Shown here: positions 49,401-62,172 of the stretch, piece after piece
Position numbering within the stretch: the first letter of the stretch is position 1
Layout: each line of letters opens with the position of its first letter
From: Camelus ferus
Lineage: Eukaryota
DNA: 64,000 nt
Assembly: GCF_009834535.1 (NCBI RefSeq)
Contig: NC_045706.1
Location: forward strand, 72,478,001-72,542,000
Reading direction: 5' to 3'
The notes under the pieces: model-generated
The model's input: the letters and a program-made list of their open reading frames with translations, nothing else
What the model was told of the DNA's origin: nothing
Databases searched by the model: none
Position numbers and translations under genes: made by a program

Positions 49401-50377
49401 AAGCAAAGGAGACTGAACTACATTCACTTTGAACACAGCTAAGAGATTCCCTATTCTGGGTGTGATTAACAAGAACCAAACTTACCATCCTGCTGTGACC
49501 AGCCAGGAACCTGGATAGAACACATGTAACAACAGCTTTCATGCGCTGCACAGCAGGCAGCACAGGACCTGCTCTCTGGAAGAAGGTCAACAATGAGTTG
49601 AGCACTACAGCTCTCCTGGATTTCATCTGGGGCAGTTTCCAGAGTGTGGGCCCTGGAAAGGAGAACCCAAATAAGCCAGCCCATCCAGCTGAGCTGAGGA
49701 AACAGAGATGGAAGTCGGGAGTCTGAAGTGGAGGGTAAAGTCCCAGAGAGGAAACAGCTTTTCAGAAAAGAATGGCCAGAAATCTGCACTGAGATCTCTT
49801 TCAGTTTTTGCTGAGTATTAGGTGGCACATAAATAGAGTAAAACTCTAAGTCAGAGCAAAGAACCAAGAAGCTATAGACTGAACAATTCCCAGGACCCAC
49901 GCAGGGCCAGAGTGGCTCAAGGGCTAGAGAGCTTCAGTGGAAGGCTGCTGCTGAGCATCTGGACAGGGTGGTTTTTGGAGATGTGTGGGAGGTTGGGGGA
50001 AGGAAACTTTATGAGTAGGAATGCCACCAGTGTGAGGGGTACTCTACACTAGCCCCAGCAAAGCTAAAAACATGCCTTAAAGGATCACATTGAATCACAA
50101 GTCATTTAAATTGTCTACCAAGACAAAGCGAAATATTCTTTAGAGTAATACACAAAATCCACACATTTAACAACATAACAACCAGAGTGCCTAGCATTTA
50201 ACAAAAATTTACTAGACCAACCAAGTATCAGGAAAATATAATGAATTGCCAGAAGATAACTAAGTCAACAGAAACAGACCCAGGAATGACAAGAGATGAA
50301 CTAGCAAGTAAAACTAAAGCAGCTATTATGACTGTGCTCAAATATTACAGAAAAATATGAACACAGAGAGAAATGGA

Positions 50378-50745
50378 TGTCTTAGTCTGCTCAGTCTGCT
50401 GTAACAAAATGCTAAAGACTAGATGGTTTAAAAAACAAATATTCATTCATCACAGTTCTGGAGGCTGGGAGTCTGAGATCAGAGTGTCAGGATGGTAGGG
50501 TTCTGGACAGCCTTCCTACTGGTTTGCAGACTGCCAGCCTCTTGTTGGTATTCACATGGTAAAGAGTAGAGAAAAAGGCAAGCTCCTCATGTCCCCTCCT
50601 ATAAGCACTAATTCCACTTATGAAGCCTCCACCCTCATGACCTCATCACCCCTCAAAGCCCCTAATACCATCTTAATACCATCACACTGAGGGTGAGGGC
50701 TTCAACATAACAATTTTGGGGGACACAATCCTGCAGTGTATAACA
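50378..50745 (-). mobile_element. Full MLT1A-like MaLR LTR
   Basis: tgtcttagtctgctcagtctgctgtaacaaaatg...caattttgggggacacaatcctgcagtgtataaca; 5-bp TSD atgga/atgaa; the L1 continues on both sides. Confidence 0.9.
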
Positions 50746-51297
50746 ATGAAATATATAAAAAAGACTCAAGTGGAACTTGTAGAGATGAAAAATATAGTAT
50801 CTGAAATAAAAATTCACTTCATTAGAAAATGAAAATTCACTTGAAAATGCAAATAACACGAAATCAGATATTTCAGAAGCAAAGAATAATGAACTTGACA
50901 ATAACAGGATCTATTCCAACTGAAGCATATAGAAGACTGAAAAAATTAACTGAGCCTTGATAACCTTGGGACAGCAGTAAACACTCCAGCACATATGTAA
51001 TTGAAGAAGTATTAGAAGAAAAGGGAAAAAAAAAATAAAAGGAGAGAGCTAGGGCAGAAAAGGAACAGAAGAAATAACGACCCAAAGTTCTCCAAATCTG
51101 ATAAAAACTATAAACTCCCAGATCCAAGAGCTCAATTAACTCAAAGCAAGATAAATACACATGTATACACATACACCAGTGCACACTGTGATCAAAATAC
51201 TAAGACTCAGTAATAAAGACACATTTTTAAAACAGCCAGAGGTGGGAGAAAAACACATCTTGTAACAAGAAACAAAAATAAAAATTATTGAAAACTT

Positions 51298-51510
51298 TAT
51301 GGTAGACAGAATAATGGCCTCCTGAGTACGTCTACATCCTGAACCTGAGAATCTGAGAATGCATTACGCTCCATGGCAAAGCGGAGTTAAGGCTGCAGAT
51401 GGAATTAATGCTGCTGATTAGCTGAGCTTGCAGTGAGACGGTCATCCTGCATTATCTAGGAGGGTCCCCCAAATAACCACTGGGTCCTTGTAAGTGAAAG
51501 AAGGTCAACA
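51298..51510 (+). mobile_element. MLT1D/E-like LTR, 5' part
   Basis: ggtagacagaataatggcctcc...catggcaaagcggagttaaggctgcagatggaattaatgctgctgattagctgagctt. Confidence 0.75.
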
Positions 51511-51519
51511 ATCAACACA

Positions 51520-51780
51520 GTTCCCTCCATTTTGTACCTAGAAAGTCATTCGTTCTTCACTTTCAGGATAGTATTCAATAAACCATACAAGATATTCAAC
51601 ACTTTATTATAAAATAGGCTTTGTGTTAGATGATCTTGCCTGAGAGCAGGCTAATGTGTTTTGAGCACATTTAAAGTAGGCTGGGCTAAATGATGCTTGT
51701 AAGGTTAGGTGTATTCACTGAATTTTTGACTTATGGTATTTTCAACTTATGTAACTGCATTTTAAGTCCAGAAAGATGTG
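51520..51780. mobile_element. TcMar-Tigger MITE (MER47-like)
   Basis: ttcactttcaggatagtattcaataaa...actttattataaaataggctttgtgttagatgat...ttttgacttatggtattttcaacttatg, ending just before TA. Confidence 0.75.
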
Positions 51781-53089
51781 TACATATTTCTCATCAGAAA
51801 CTATACAAGCAGGAGACAAGAAGATCTTAAAGTGTGGCAAGAAAAAAAAAACCTGTCAACTGACAACTTTTATTGATATCCAGTAAAAATCTTTTCAAAA
51901 ATGGAGATAATTAACTAATTATCCAAAGTAATCAAATGCTAAAAGGCCCTACACCTGCAGATCTACACACAAAGAAATTATTCAGGCAGAAGAAAAACAT
52001 TCTAAATATTCTAATTAAAAGGCAGGGATTTTCAGATTTAGATAGCAAAGATTTAACTATACACATTCTTAAAGAAACTCATTTAAAATATTAATACATA
52101 CTGAGTGTAAAAGTAAAAGAATAAAAAAAGGTGTACCATGCAAACTCTACAATAAAGCCAATTACTCAAGCTACACTTTAAAATTCAAGAACCTAGTTAA
52201 AGTCTAAGAATTGTCCCTGAAACAGGGCTCCAAGAAGCCACTGTCAGTCTGAGATTTGGTACATGAGACAAGACCATCTGCCATCGGGGTTAGACGATGT
52301 CTCTCCTAGGTCTTTATAAATATTTCACTAAGATCTCATTCATTTACGATGGAGAAAGGGGTGGTTATAGCCGTGTACTTCTATGTGCCCTGGATCTATG
52401 TGTCTCACAAGCACTACATCTCCAGAATACAGAAGGTAATTGGAGACATCTTACGTAGACATACTCCCTCAAATCTAATGTCCCTGATGGTCCAAATGCC
52501 CAAGTAACACCCAGTAAGAACATCTGCCAAGCAGAAAACTAACAGACTGATACATTTTTAAACATTAACTGGGCAGCTCTGTGATTCGAAATGGTATATT
52601 TATTAATTTATGAGTACTTCCCTGTGAATCAACATGTTGGCATTTCCTAAGTAACTACAGAAAGGAAACTAATTTCATTACACCAGACTTGCTTTAACAA
52701 CAACAAAGAAAGGTTTAACATTTAAAAAGTGGTAGTCATAAACTCAATTTCTAGATGACTTTTCTTCAAAAAACTAGGAAGTGTCACATCAGCTTCTAAG
52801 CAATTAATTTGGGGTCTTGCTACAAGAACATTACAATTTGGTCAGGATTCGCCCTAATGCTGGCTCCTATCCAAGTGCCAGGGCCTACGGAAGGAAAACT
52901 GAGGCTTAATCAGTAAAAAAAATATGCAGTTACTAGTTTATTATCTGATATACAGGACAAATAGGGAACATTCAAAAATACAGTTCAGGCATTTGACATG
53001 TTTTTAAATATATTAGATATAGTTTAAATGTATCTAAATTATAATGAACATTCACATAGCTTAAGAATCATGATAATGAACATTACTCA

Positions 53090-53390
53090 GGCTTTTCCAG
53101 AGGACTACAGGCTGTTGTTACAAGGTTCACTGGTGATTGTACTATAATAGAAAGATAGTAAAAAGGAAAAACTGAGACCTGCTAGGAGGGGATTAGCATC
53201 ATAAAAAGCAAGCGACGGCTTTTAGCTAGGATATGGTGAATACAATGGGGTTAGAGGGAGGCTGACACGTCCCAGGAGACCCACAGGATTTAGAAATGAC
53301 TAGGTGAGAGACGCACGGTGAGGAGGAGTGTATGGGAAAAGGAGACTTCAAGAATATGGTCAGTACTGCTTCTGAGCTGGCAGGTTAACA
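53090..53390 (-). mobile_element. L2 fragment
   Basis: aaactgagacctgctaggagggg...cacaggatttagaaatgactaggtgagag...aaggagacttcaagaatatgg resembles internal antisense L2. Confidence 0.5.
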
Positions 53391-53699
53391 TTTAGAAATG
53401 TACTGTACAAGTATGCACTGATGGGAAGTGTACACATTTATCCTCCATAATCTTTTTCCTTTAAGAGCAATGTTGTGGAAAGAAGGTTTGTAAGTAAAGA
53501 AGTGAGCAATATGTTTTGGTGCATTTTCACAATGTAATACTATGAAGTCATTAGGAAGAATGTATTGATATAAAATCATCTCAAAGATATGTCAGTTGGG
53601 AAAAAAAAATCCAAAATAGGCTCATATTTTTACCATGCTAAGGACTCAAACTTTATAACTAAGCACTCAAAAATGCTGTATTAAAACAAAACTGACTGC

Positions 53700-55230
53700 A
53701 TGGCTGAGTTGGCTAGAAATTAAGGAAAATTCTCTGAGGCCACAAAACCAAATAGGAGCAAGACTCCAAAGAGGGGCAAGCAGGCATTGTCTTGGGGATA
53801 TCACTGAGCCCAGCAGCAGCCTAGAGCTACAAGATGGGAGCCTAATCTTACCACATCTCAAGTCTTATTAGAAGGCTACAGTAAATAAGGCGTTGACAGG
53901 TTTTGCTATAAAGATAAATATTGGAAATAGACCAATGTAATGGCATGGGGTAAACCCAGAAAAACAGCACACACATACATGGGGAATTTGTATATGAAAC
54001 GAATGGCACTACATTTTAGGAGAGAAAGGATGGCATGGTCATTATGTGGTACTAAACAACTAAAACCACCTTATCCACACGAAAAAAATTAAATTTGACT
54101 TCTGCACACTGCACACAAAAACAATTGCATACATATATCAAAATCAGACTGAAGGATCTAACGCGGAAGCAAAACTATGTATTTTTACAGGAAAATACAG
54201 TACAATATCTTTACAAATTTGTAGTAGGGAAAGATTTCTTAAATAAGGCAAAAATTATAGACCATCAAGGAAAAGGTTGATAAATATCACTACAGAGAAA
54301 TAAAAAACTTCTGTTTATCAATTGTCAGCACAAAAAAAAAGTGAAAAGAGACGCTTCTATGTGGGACAATTTACAACAATTTAACTATGTTTTAGTCTCC
54401 TGAATATATAAAGAATTCCTAATAATTCAACAAATAAAAGACAGATGAACAGAGAAATAGTCGAAAGACTCGGAAAGGCATTTCTTAGATGAGGAAACAA
54501 CTATACACATTCCAAAATATGCTACTTCTCATAAATAATCTGGGAAAAGTAAATTAAAACCTCAATAAAATATCATTTTAAACAATAGATTTGTCCATTC
54601 TAAGAACCATATGCTGGCGAGGTTCAGCACAACTGGAACTCTGCTGGTAGAAATGCAGACTGGAACTCATCACTTTTTAGAACAATTTGGCTTTACCTCA
54701 GAAGCTGAGGAATTCATGTGCCCTATGACCCAGCAAACCTTCGCTCTCCTAGGTTTGTACCATAAAAAAAGAGTATGGATGTACACCAGAAGTCATGGAC
54801 ATGAATATTCATGTAAGTATTTTTATATTGGCTAAAAAAGGGAAAGAATAGGAGAGAGAAATTGTGCTGTTAGTATATTCCCACACTGGGGCCCATATTA
54901 ATAAGAAACATGGAAGAACCTCAAGGAAAATGTTCAATGGAGAAAAAGCCACAGAAGAGCATACTCGCAATTCCACTTACACAATGATCATAAACTTGCA
55001 AAACTAAATTATAAATATGCAATTGATATTTCTGGCAAAACTATAAAGAGAAAGCATGCAAACAATAAACAGCACTTCAGGATCGTGGTCATATGTGAAG
55101 AGAACATGGGAATAATACTGAGGAAGGACAAACAGAAGAGTTGAACATGTTGACCATGTTCTGTTTGTTGAGCAGGGTGTAGATGGCTGTTCATTTCATT
55201 ATAATTCTTTAGATTTCATTTAGGTTATAA
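53700..55230 (+). mobile_element. Old L1 ORF2 C-terminal part and 3'UTR
   Basis: taatcttaccacatctcaagtcttattagaaggctacagtaa; atttgtagtagggaaagatttcttaaataagg; ccctatgacccagcaa; caattccacttacacaatg. Confidence 0.8.
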
Positions 55231-55301
55231 TACACACAAACCTACAGGCATGCCCCGATTTATGTTATATATACATAACAAACATATGCCTTTCAAACAC
55301 A

Positions 55302-55930
55302 CAGGTGACCCTCCTTATTCACGGATTCTGTATTGGTGAAACTGCCCACTCACTAAAATTGACTTTCAGTCCAAAATGAATACCTGTAGCACTTCTGTAG
55401 TTACTCACGGACACACAGAGAACAGAAAGACTTGAGTCAGCGGACACTTGCTCCCAACTAAGGCTGAACAAGGTGCGGCTCTGACTTCCTTAAGCTCTCA
55501 AATGGTACAAGTGTCTTTTCCTCTATTTATTGTGTCTCATTTTTTTGCATCTTTGTGCCTTCTTCATTTTTGGTAATTTCTCTTTATAAAATAGCCCTTA
55601 AGCATAGAGATGCAATGCTGTTTAGTGTCTCTAAGCACAAGGAAGCTGTGATGGGTCTTATGAGAAATTACATGTGTTAGGTAAGCTTCATTCAGGCATT
55701 AAGTTAGACTTGGCTATGAGTTTGATGTTAACGAATCAATAATATAGTAAATAAGGTGTCTTCAAACATGAGCACACATATAGCAAGGTTGTATTTTGGT
55801 GATGAAATTAGACCAAAATGTGAGCAGAGACCTGAAGAAACCTAATCCTGTACTGACTCCTAGGAGCAGTGGTTCAGTGTTCATGGCAAGTTTATCAAAC
55901 AAAATTATGGCAAATAATGAGAATATATTT
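55302..55930. mobile_element. TcMar-Tigger element (MER82-like)
   Basis: caggtgaccctccttattcacggattctgtattggtgaa...aaggctgaacaagg...cctaagcacaaggaagctgtgatg...ctaggagcagtggttcagtgttc. Confidence 0.8.
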
Positions 55931-56561
55931 ACTTCTGCTTCATTCATAAAATGAACATAAAACACACAAAATTATATGCATGTGTGCACACACATATATA
56001 AATATGCTATGTCTCTATTACATATAAAATAAATGTAAAACATACATACGGAAACATAAAATGTTTCATAATAAAAATGAAAGAGCAAAAGGGGCAAAAA
56101 CAACACGCAGAGGACGTAACCACCAGTAAAATACATATAAAGAGCTGTGAAACTAGACTCATGTGGATAGAAAAGGGCTTTGGCTAATTCTTTCGCACAA
56201 TAGAAGCAGTATTAATGGTTGATATTGTTACTATTATTATCATATGGCTAATAAGTCAAAAGTTATTTAAAAGATAATTATGTTTTTCTCAATTTTAAGT
56301 TGTCAAGAAAAAAGATTAATTCAAAAAATTAAATTCATCCTACCCTTTTACCATCACTAGAAAGCATTCTCATGTATTTTCAGGTAAAGAAACACATCAA
56401 ACATGCTCACCCTGAATGTGGAGCACTGCTTAAGGGCATCATGGGTACAATTTCCAGTATAAGTTACCACTAGGAGACGTCTCAGCCTTTGGTACAGTTA
56501 ATATCCACTGTTTTCACCATCTCTTCATTCTCAAGAATAGAATTACAAATACTAAATATGG

Positions 56562-57024
56562 TGTGAAAATTAATAAAAGGAAGCCACAACTGAAATTGGA
56601 GTCATGAAGGCCTGCAGAAGGAGTTCTCTCATCCTACCACCAGGTGCCGACTGCCCCCAAAGGAAGAGTGGTACCTTGCCTCCCCAACAGGGAGCTGCCT
56701 CTTCTTTACTTCCCTGGCAGGAGGAAGGAAGATTTTCTTCTTGCCCAGCAACAAGCCCAGACAATGGAAAATGCTGCAGCTCAGCCACGAGAAGCCAGTC
56801 GCCACCCTGAACTCACTTTCCTCCAATGAACTTTTATTTTTCTCTTGTTGATGACTTCCTTGTCCCACCCTCCTTCCTACAAAAGCCTTCCACTTTGTAG
56901 AGCTCTTTTGTAATATTCCTCCAGGTATCTCTCTGCTTGCCAGATAAGATGCTGCTTGATTCATGAGTCATTTGATAAAGCCAATTAATCTCCAAATGTA
57001 CTCAGTTGAATTTTGTTTCTAACA
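56562..57024 (+). mobile_element. 5' LTR of an ERV provirus
   Basis: tgtgaaaattaataaaaggaagcc...cttcctacaaaagccttcc...tttgataaagccaattaatctcc...ttttgtttctaaca, directly followed by a PBS. Confidence 0.85.
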
Positions 57025-57027
57025 GTT

Positions 57028-57045
57028 CGGTGGCAGTGGTGGGAC
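57028..57045 (+). promoter_or_regulatory. Primer-binding site for tRNA-Leu
   Basis: cggtggcagtggtgggac matches 15/18 to TGGTGGCAGCGGTGGGAT, the complement of the recalled tRNA-Leu(AAG/TAG) 3' end; all three mismatches are C/T transitions; 3 nt from the LTR end. Confidence 0.8.
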
Positions 57046-57841
57046 TGAAACAAACTGAAACAAACAGGAACAAGAAACACATGCTTCGTGCAGCCTCTTC
57101 CTTGCCATTTCTGAGGGCCGTGGGCACGTTCTTCGTGGCTGAGCTCTGCTCTTTCGCATTTCCGCTCCTGATCTAATTGGCTTTCCTTTACAGAGCAGGT
57201 CAGCTTGAGCTGGTAGAGGATTCTGTCCCAAGCCCAGCTGAGCTGGCAAAATGGTTCTGCCTAGAGCCAAGACCCTAGCCTTTCAAAAAACAAAAACAAA
57301 CAAACAAACAAACAAGAAACCCCACTGCAAATCCACCGGCCCCAGGTGCGAAACCCCAGCCCTTCGCTCTGAGCCTGGGCTCCATGCTGGGAACCGCTGC
57401 AGTTCGGCTGCAGTCCTCCACTCGTTTGGAAGCCTTCCCCAGACGCATGCTGGGAATTTCTGGAGGTAGCTGCGGTTTTGCATTTGTGTGGAATCAGTCT
57501 GCAGTCCCCATTCCTTGGGGTTTGCTGGCTTGATCCCTCCCCTGTCCAAGGTTACACAGGGCACAGGGCCTCCTTGTGGCCAGGACACAGTAACATCTCT
57601 TCTTACTGCTGATACATAAAGCTACACAAATATGCTTGTTTATCTTGTTTTCTGTAGATAAAGGCTACCGATAAGTGGGCATCTCAGGAACCAAAAATAG
57701 ACCTCAGTCCTTTGTTATTGTGCCCAGACCCCCGGATTCAGTCTGTAGTCCCCATTCTTTGGGCCCTGCAGCTTCAGTCCTTTCTGCAGTCCCCAGGTTA
57801 TTAGTGTGGCTCTGGAAAACCCATACGCCTACCTAAAAGAA

Positions 57842-59100
57842 ATGGGATCCTTTATACCCAGAGAGCTGAGTGGCCACCTTCTGGGTGCACCTGCTTATTT
57901 TATTTATGTTTAACAATTATAGTCCCAGAAGTTTCACGTATCTCACAAGACTAGTTCAACAATTCAGTAAAAATGACCTAGAATTACAGTGGCCACTGTG
58001 GGGAAAGTTCCAATTAGATAAGGCAGTTCATTCAGAAAACACCCCAAAGCAAGACATCTCAAACTGGACAGGCAGAGTGGGATGCCTACTTAGCTGGCAT
58101 GCGGAAGCTTACGAAAGGCTTCAAGATTCCGAAATAGCTTCCTTAAAAGACTTGTTATAAAAGGCTAAGGAAACATCAGACACCAGAGGAACCTAAAACA
58201 AAAGACTGTAGGATGGATCTGACTGCAAATGAGACTCCTCCTCCTGCCACCGCCCCCTGCCTCCCCCCCAGCCCCCCAGTCCTTTTTCACCTGTGTACTC
58301 AGACAGACCTCCTCAGGGGTCCTTCACCCCTTGGCCAAAGACTAAACTGAGGGCTGCAGCTGAAGAATTTCCTAAACCTAGGGAGGAACCCCAAAAGGTT
58401 TTTTGAAGATTTGAGAGTCATTGTCAGGACCTATGACCCAGGGAAGCCCCAAAATGGATGCAGGGAACAAAATGGCAAAACCCTGAGGATGATATTTGAC
58501 ATCCTCAACCAGAAAGTGCTCCCCAAACAGCAACTGACATTTTATAAGCTACTCCCAGAGTCTCCCCTGACTGGACTAGTTGGTAATTCCAATCATGAAA
58601 ACAAAGGAAGGATGAATCTATGGCAGACCTTAGGGCTTACTGGAAGCTCTCTTCTTATGGCATTTTGGCTCCATAGAATAAATAAGACCAGTGATCCTTT
58701 CCTGGTTGCCCTCTTTGTAAGTGGACTCAGATTAGTGGATTGAAAAAACAGGCAGAAAATAAGATGGGAGACTATAGTTGAGCATTCTGAAAGGACCCTG
58801 GGGCAAGATTGCAAACAGAAATCCACCAAGCTAACAGCTTTACAGCTACAATAGCTGCAAGGCCAGAGACCCAAAATAACACACCTACCTCCTAATTTGC
58901 ATTCCCCTATAGGTCCATCTTGAAAAAAAAAAAAAAATAAAACCAACAAACTCTGATCCAATGATCAGTGTCACAGGTATAATCAACTGGGATACTGGAA
59001 AAGCGACTGCCTTCAAAGGTCCCACGCCAAGTCCTCTTGAATGCCCTCTTCCCTACCTCAGGAGAGGAACCCCATATGGGCCCCTCCCAGTTAATTGATC
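57842..59100 (+). pseudogene. Decayed ERV gag (class I, MER4/HEPSI-like)
   Basis: ATG GGA start; matrix-like FMFNNYSP...KNDLELQWPLWGKFQLDK...W.AEA.KRLQDSEIASLK (ORF 57870..58160); capsid remnants (ORF 58411..58743); degenerate zinc knuckle CHRYNQLGYWKSDC at 58969-59010. Confidence 0.85.
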
Positions 59101-59467
59101 TCTAATGAGTTTCCATTGAACTATCCAGTTCAGTTACTCTCTTAAACAGCAAAGAGGAAACTAAAAATTAATGAGAAACCTTGCCAGGTTCTAGCTGATA
59201 CTGGAGATACTTTCTATTTTAAACCCCATCCCTCATCAGACAACAAATCCCTTAGAGTAAATAAAAAGGAGGTTTCAATAGTGGAAGTATCTAATAAAGT
59301 TCAGAGAGAAATTTTATCTCCAACAGTACAAATGACTCTGGGACCTTTTATTGAAAAAACATTCTTTTTTTTGCTATATGACACAGCCCCAGTCAATTCA
59401 TTAGGCAGGGATCTCCTTTCTCAATTAAAAGGGCTGACACCTTTTGCCTGCAATGGAGGCCTCACCT

Positions 59468-59942
59468 TGAGACAGGAGGGGAGGTGGCAGGACACAACCT
59501 TTAAAAGAATGACATACATTCAGGGTATGGCAGAAACTAGTTGGAATCAACTTGGCCCAAGATAGCGGAAGAGTCCACTCCCGGCAGACCTCTGGGCCTC
59601 ATTATAGGCTCGCTGTGATACATCAGCTGCTAAATGACACCCTCACAGGTGCCATGACACTTCCCAGGCTGACCGTGAAAGGCCAAACAGTGGGTGGGGA
59701 CCTAACTCCTAGAAATGCCTGCCCTTTCCCCAAAACAGCTGGAATAACTCTCCCACTTGTTAGCATATGAAATTACCCAGCCCATAAAAACTAATCACCC
59801 CTGGGGCCACTCTACCTTCTGAGACAGACTACATTCTGTGCATGGAATGTGTACCCCTCCCAATAACCCTGCTTGAGCTTTACTGTGGCTTGCTCTTGAA
59901 TTTTTTCCTGTTCAACACAAGAATCTACTCTCTGGTAGTAAC
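59468..59942 (+). mobile_element. Solo LTR inserted between ERV protease and RT
   Basis: Starts tgagacagg; cccataaaaac TATA box; cccaataac...ctgtggcttgctcttgaattttttcctg R/U5-like sequence; removing it rejoins ggc ctc acc tta gaa ttt cct gac (GLTLEFPD). Confidence 0.8.
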
Positions 59943-60538
59943 TTAGAATTTCCTGACCAACCCAAGCCTAACATGTGATGTTCCTTGCAGTCTGTCCTTG
60001 ACACAGAAGACGAAGAAATTTAAAAAAGTCCCTTAATTTAATTGAGGTGCTGGAAAATTTGTGGGCTACTTCTAATACTGACACTGGAATAAAAAAAGTT
60101 CAGAACCTATAAAGATTCAGATAGATATTACTAAACCCCTCCCTAATTTACCTAAATTAAAGCCTGAGGCCACACAAGACCTCACTTCCCTAGCAGCGGC
60201 TAGTCATTCCCTGCACTGGTCCCTGCACCACACCAATCCTACCAGTCTGGAAACCTAATCGACAGGGGTGGTGATCTGTCCAGTGTCGAGAGCTTTTAGT
60301 AAGATAGTTATTCCTCATTTCCTAGTTGTTTCCAAACCTGAAAACCCTTTTGTCACAAGTTCTACCTGACTCAAATGGTTCACTGCTCTAGACCTTTGTT
60401 CAGCTTTTTTCAGCATTGCTGAAAAAGCTCCTGTATCTACTTGACTTTATCTGGAACAATCAGCAAAATACCCACACGTACATTTCTTCCAGGGTTTTCT
60501 GAGATCCCTTCTTATTTCTCCCAAGTGCTTCCCCAGGA

Positions 60539-61083
60539 TGTAAGCCGTGTGGTCAGGCCCCATAAGACGCTGCTCTCTGTACATCCCCAGACTGACCAGC
60601 CCTGCCTCACCCTTACCTTATGCTCATGACTGCCTCGCATTCCTAAGCTGGAAGTTCGATCAGTAACTACCTGCATGATCAGCCTGACCCCCAGCTATCC
60701 ACCGTCCCAGCCCTCAGACCAGAACTGCTCCTGTATGTTTGGTCATCAATAGGAAACATCAGTCCTCGCAAGGGTTGCTAACCCAGAGAGCTGTAAGGGA
60801 CACATTCTAACAGGCCCCTGGCGACCAAGGAGCCCTTCTGATGTCATACCCCTATAACTGACCCCTGCTGCTCCCCTGTGTAGCAAGACTGCTGCTTTGT
60901 CCTGCCTGCTTTTGGCTGTACATGGTGAGGTGTGACTCCAAGACTTCGGTCTCTGACTTGTAAGATTCCCCATCCAACAAATCATTGAAGTCCCTGTTGC
61001 TGACTCCAGGTTCTTTCTTCTCAGGTTCAGTTTCACATCTGGGCAGCTGCAAGGACTGCAGGACTCTGGAGTGCAGCCCAAAA
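60539..61083 (+). mobile_element. Solo LTR (MER73/74-like end) inserted in ERV RT
   Basis: Starts tgtaagcc; ccctataact TATA box; ends ggagtgcagcccaaaa; removing it rejoins QVLPQD-KHLPVPRKLILLQYVDD. Confidence 0.82.
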
Positions 61084-61537
61084 TAAGCACCTTCCGGTCC
61101 CCAGGAAATTGATTCTTTTACAATATGTAGATGACCTCCTGCTGTGCTCAGTTACCAAGGAGGTGTCAATAAAAGATTCCATTTATTTGCTGCAACAGTT
61201 AGCTGAAAAACGGCACAGAGTCTCATTACAAATTACCATGATTTCTAGACACAGTTCATTACCTAGGTCATAATCTAAGAGATAAAAAGAGTGCCGCTAA
61301 CTTCAGAAAGAATTAAGCTAAACCAAGAATCTCCTAGACACACAACTAAGTGGTAGCCTTATGGATTTGTATCCATGGAAGCTGCTTATTGAAGACTATG
61401 AGTTCCTAATTCTTCCTCTATTGGCTTCCCCACTCCATGAATTGACCAAAATTTCAATCTCTGAATCTCTTGCTTGGGATGATACACATGAGTAAGCCTT
61501 TATAAAACTAAAACATGACTGTAACTCAATAAAAATA

Positions 61538-62172
61538 TGTGGGAAAAAAAAAAACTGAGACAAGTGCTCCAAGAGTCACCTGCCTTAGGGCTACCTACCT
61601 GTTGAAACTCTTTCACTTTATTGGCACGAAACAAATGACCGTGCATGAAAGAACTAACCAAGCCCCGGAAATGCTCAGGCCCCTGCCTGGCACAGCGCAC
61701 AACCTGAGTCAGCTGAACGTTTGACTGTAACTGGAAGACCAAACTGAACAAAGCCATAGTCAAAAGATTTTCCCAAAGTAATGAAAGATCCTTTGCTGAG
61801 GAATTTAATAGATTCACTTTAACTCATCACCCTGGTTTCTCTGACAGGGAATTCAGGCTGAGAAGACTAAGTAAACAAACCTTGTTACTTAACTTACTAC
61901 CCCGAGACCGAACTCCACTTAGATTCTTCACTAACTAAGTAGCCAGAGCCTACGTATCTTTGTTCTGCAAATTCTTCACAAATGTATTGTTTCTATGTCC
62001 AAAAACCTTAAAAGCTGCCTGGCTGGCCACTTCTTAGGTCCCATTTCTATGAGATCTCCATGATTCAGATTTGCTTTTTCTCTCCTTTAATCTGACTTGC
62101 TTCAATTTTATTATCAGTCCAGCCACGTGAACTCAAACAGGGGTGGACAAGAACATTTTCCCTTCCCCGACA
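61538..62172 (+). mobile_element. Solo LTR (MER34/MER39-like end) inserted before ERV RNase H
   Basis: Ends tttctctcctttaatctgacttgcttcaattttattatcagtccagcc...cattttcccttccccgaca; pol resumes at 62173 with PHAVEGLLSSHH; the 5' boundary is uncertain (61520-61538). Confidence 0.75.

Larger units (their letters stand above)
50050..52150 (+). mobile_element. Old L1 ORF1 region to ORF2 start, interrupted by MLT1 (twice) and Tigger elements
   Basis: ggaacttgtagagatgaaaaatatagtatctgaaat, aattaactgagccttgataaccttgggacag, aaactcccagatccaagagctc, gtgtaccatgcaaactct. Confidence 0.75.
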
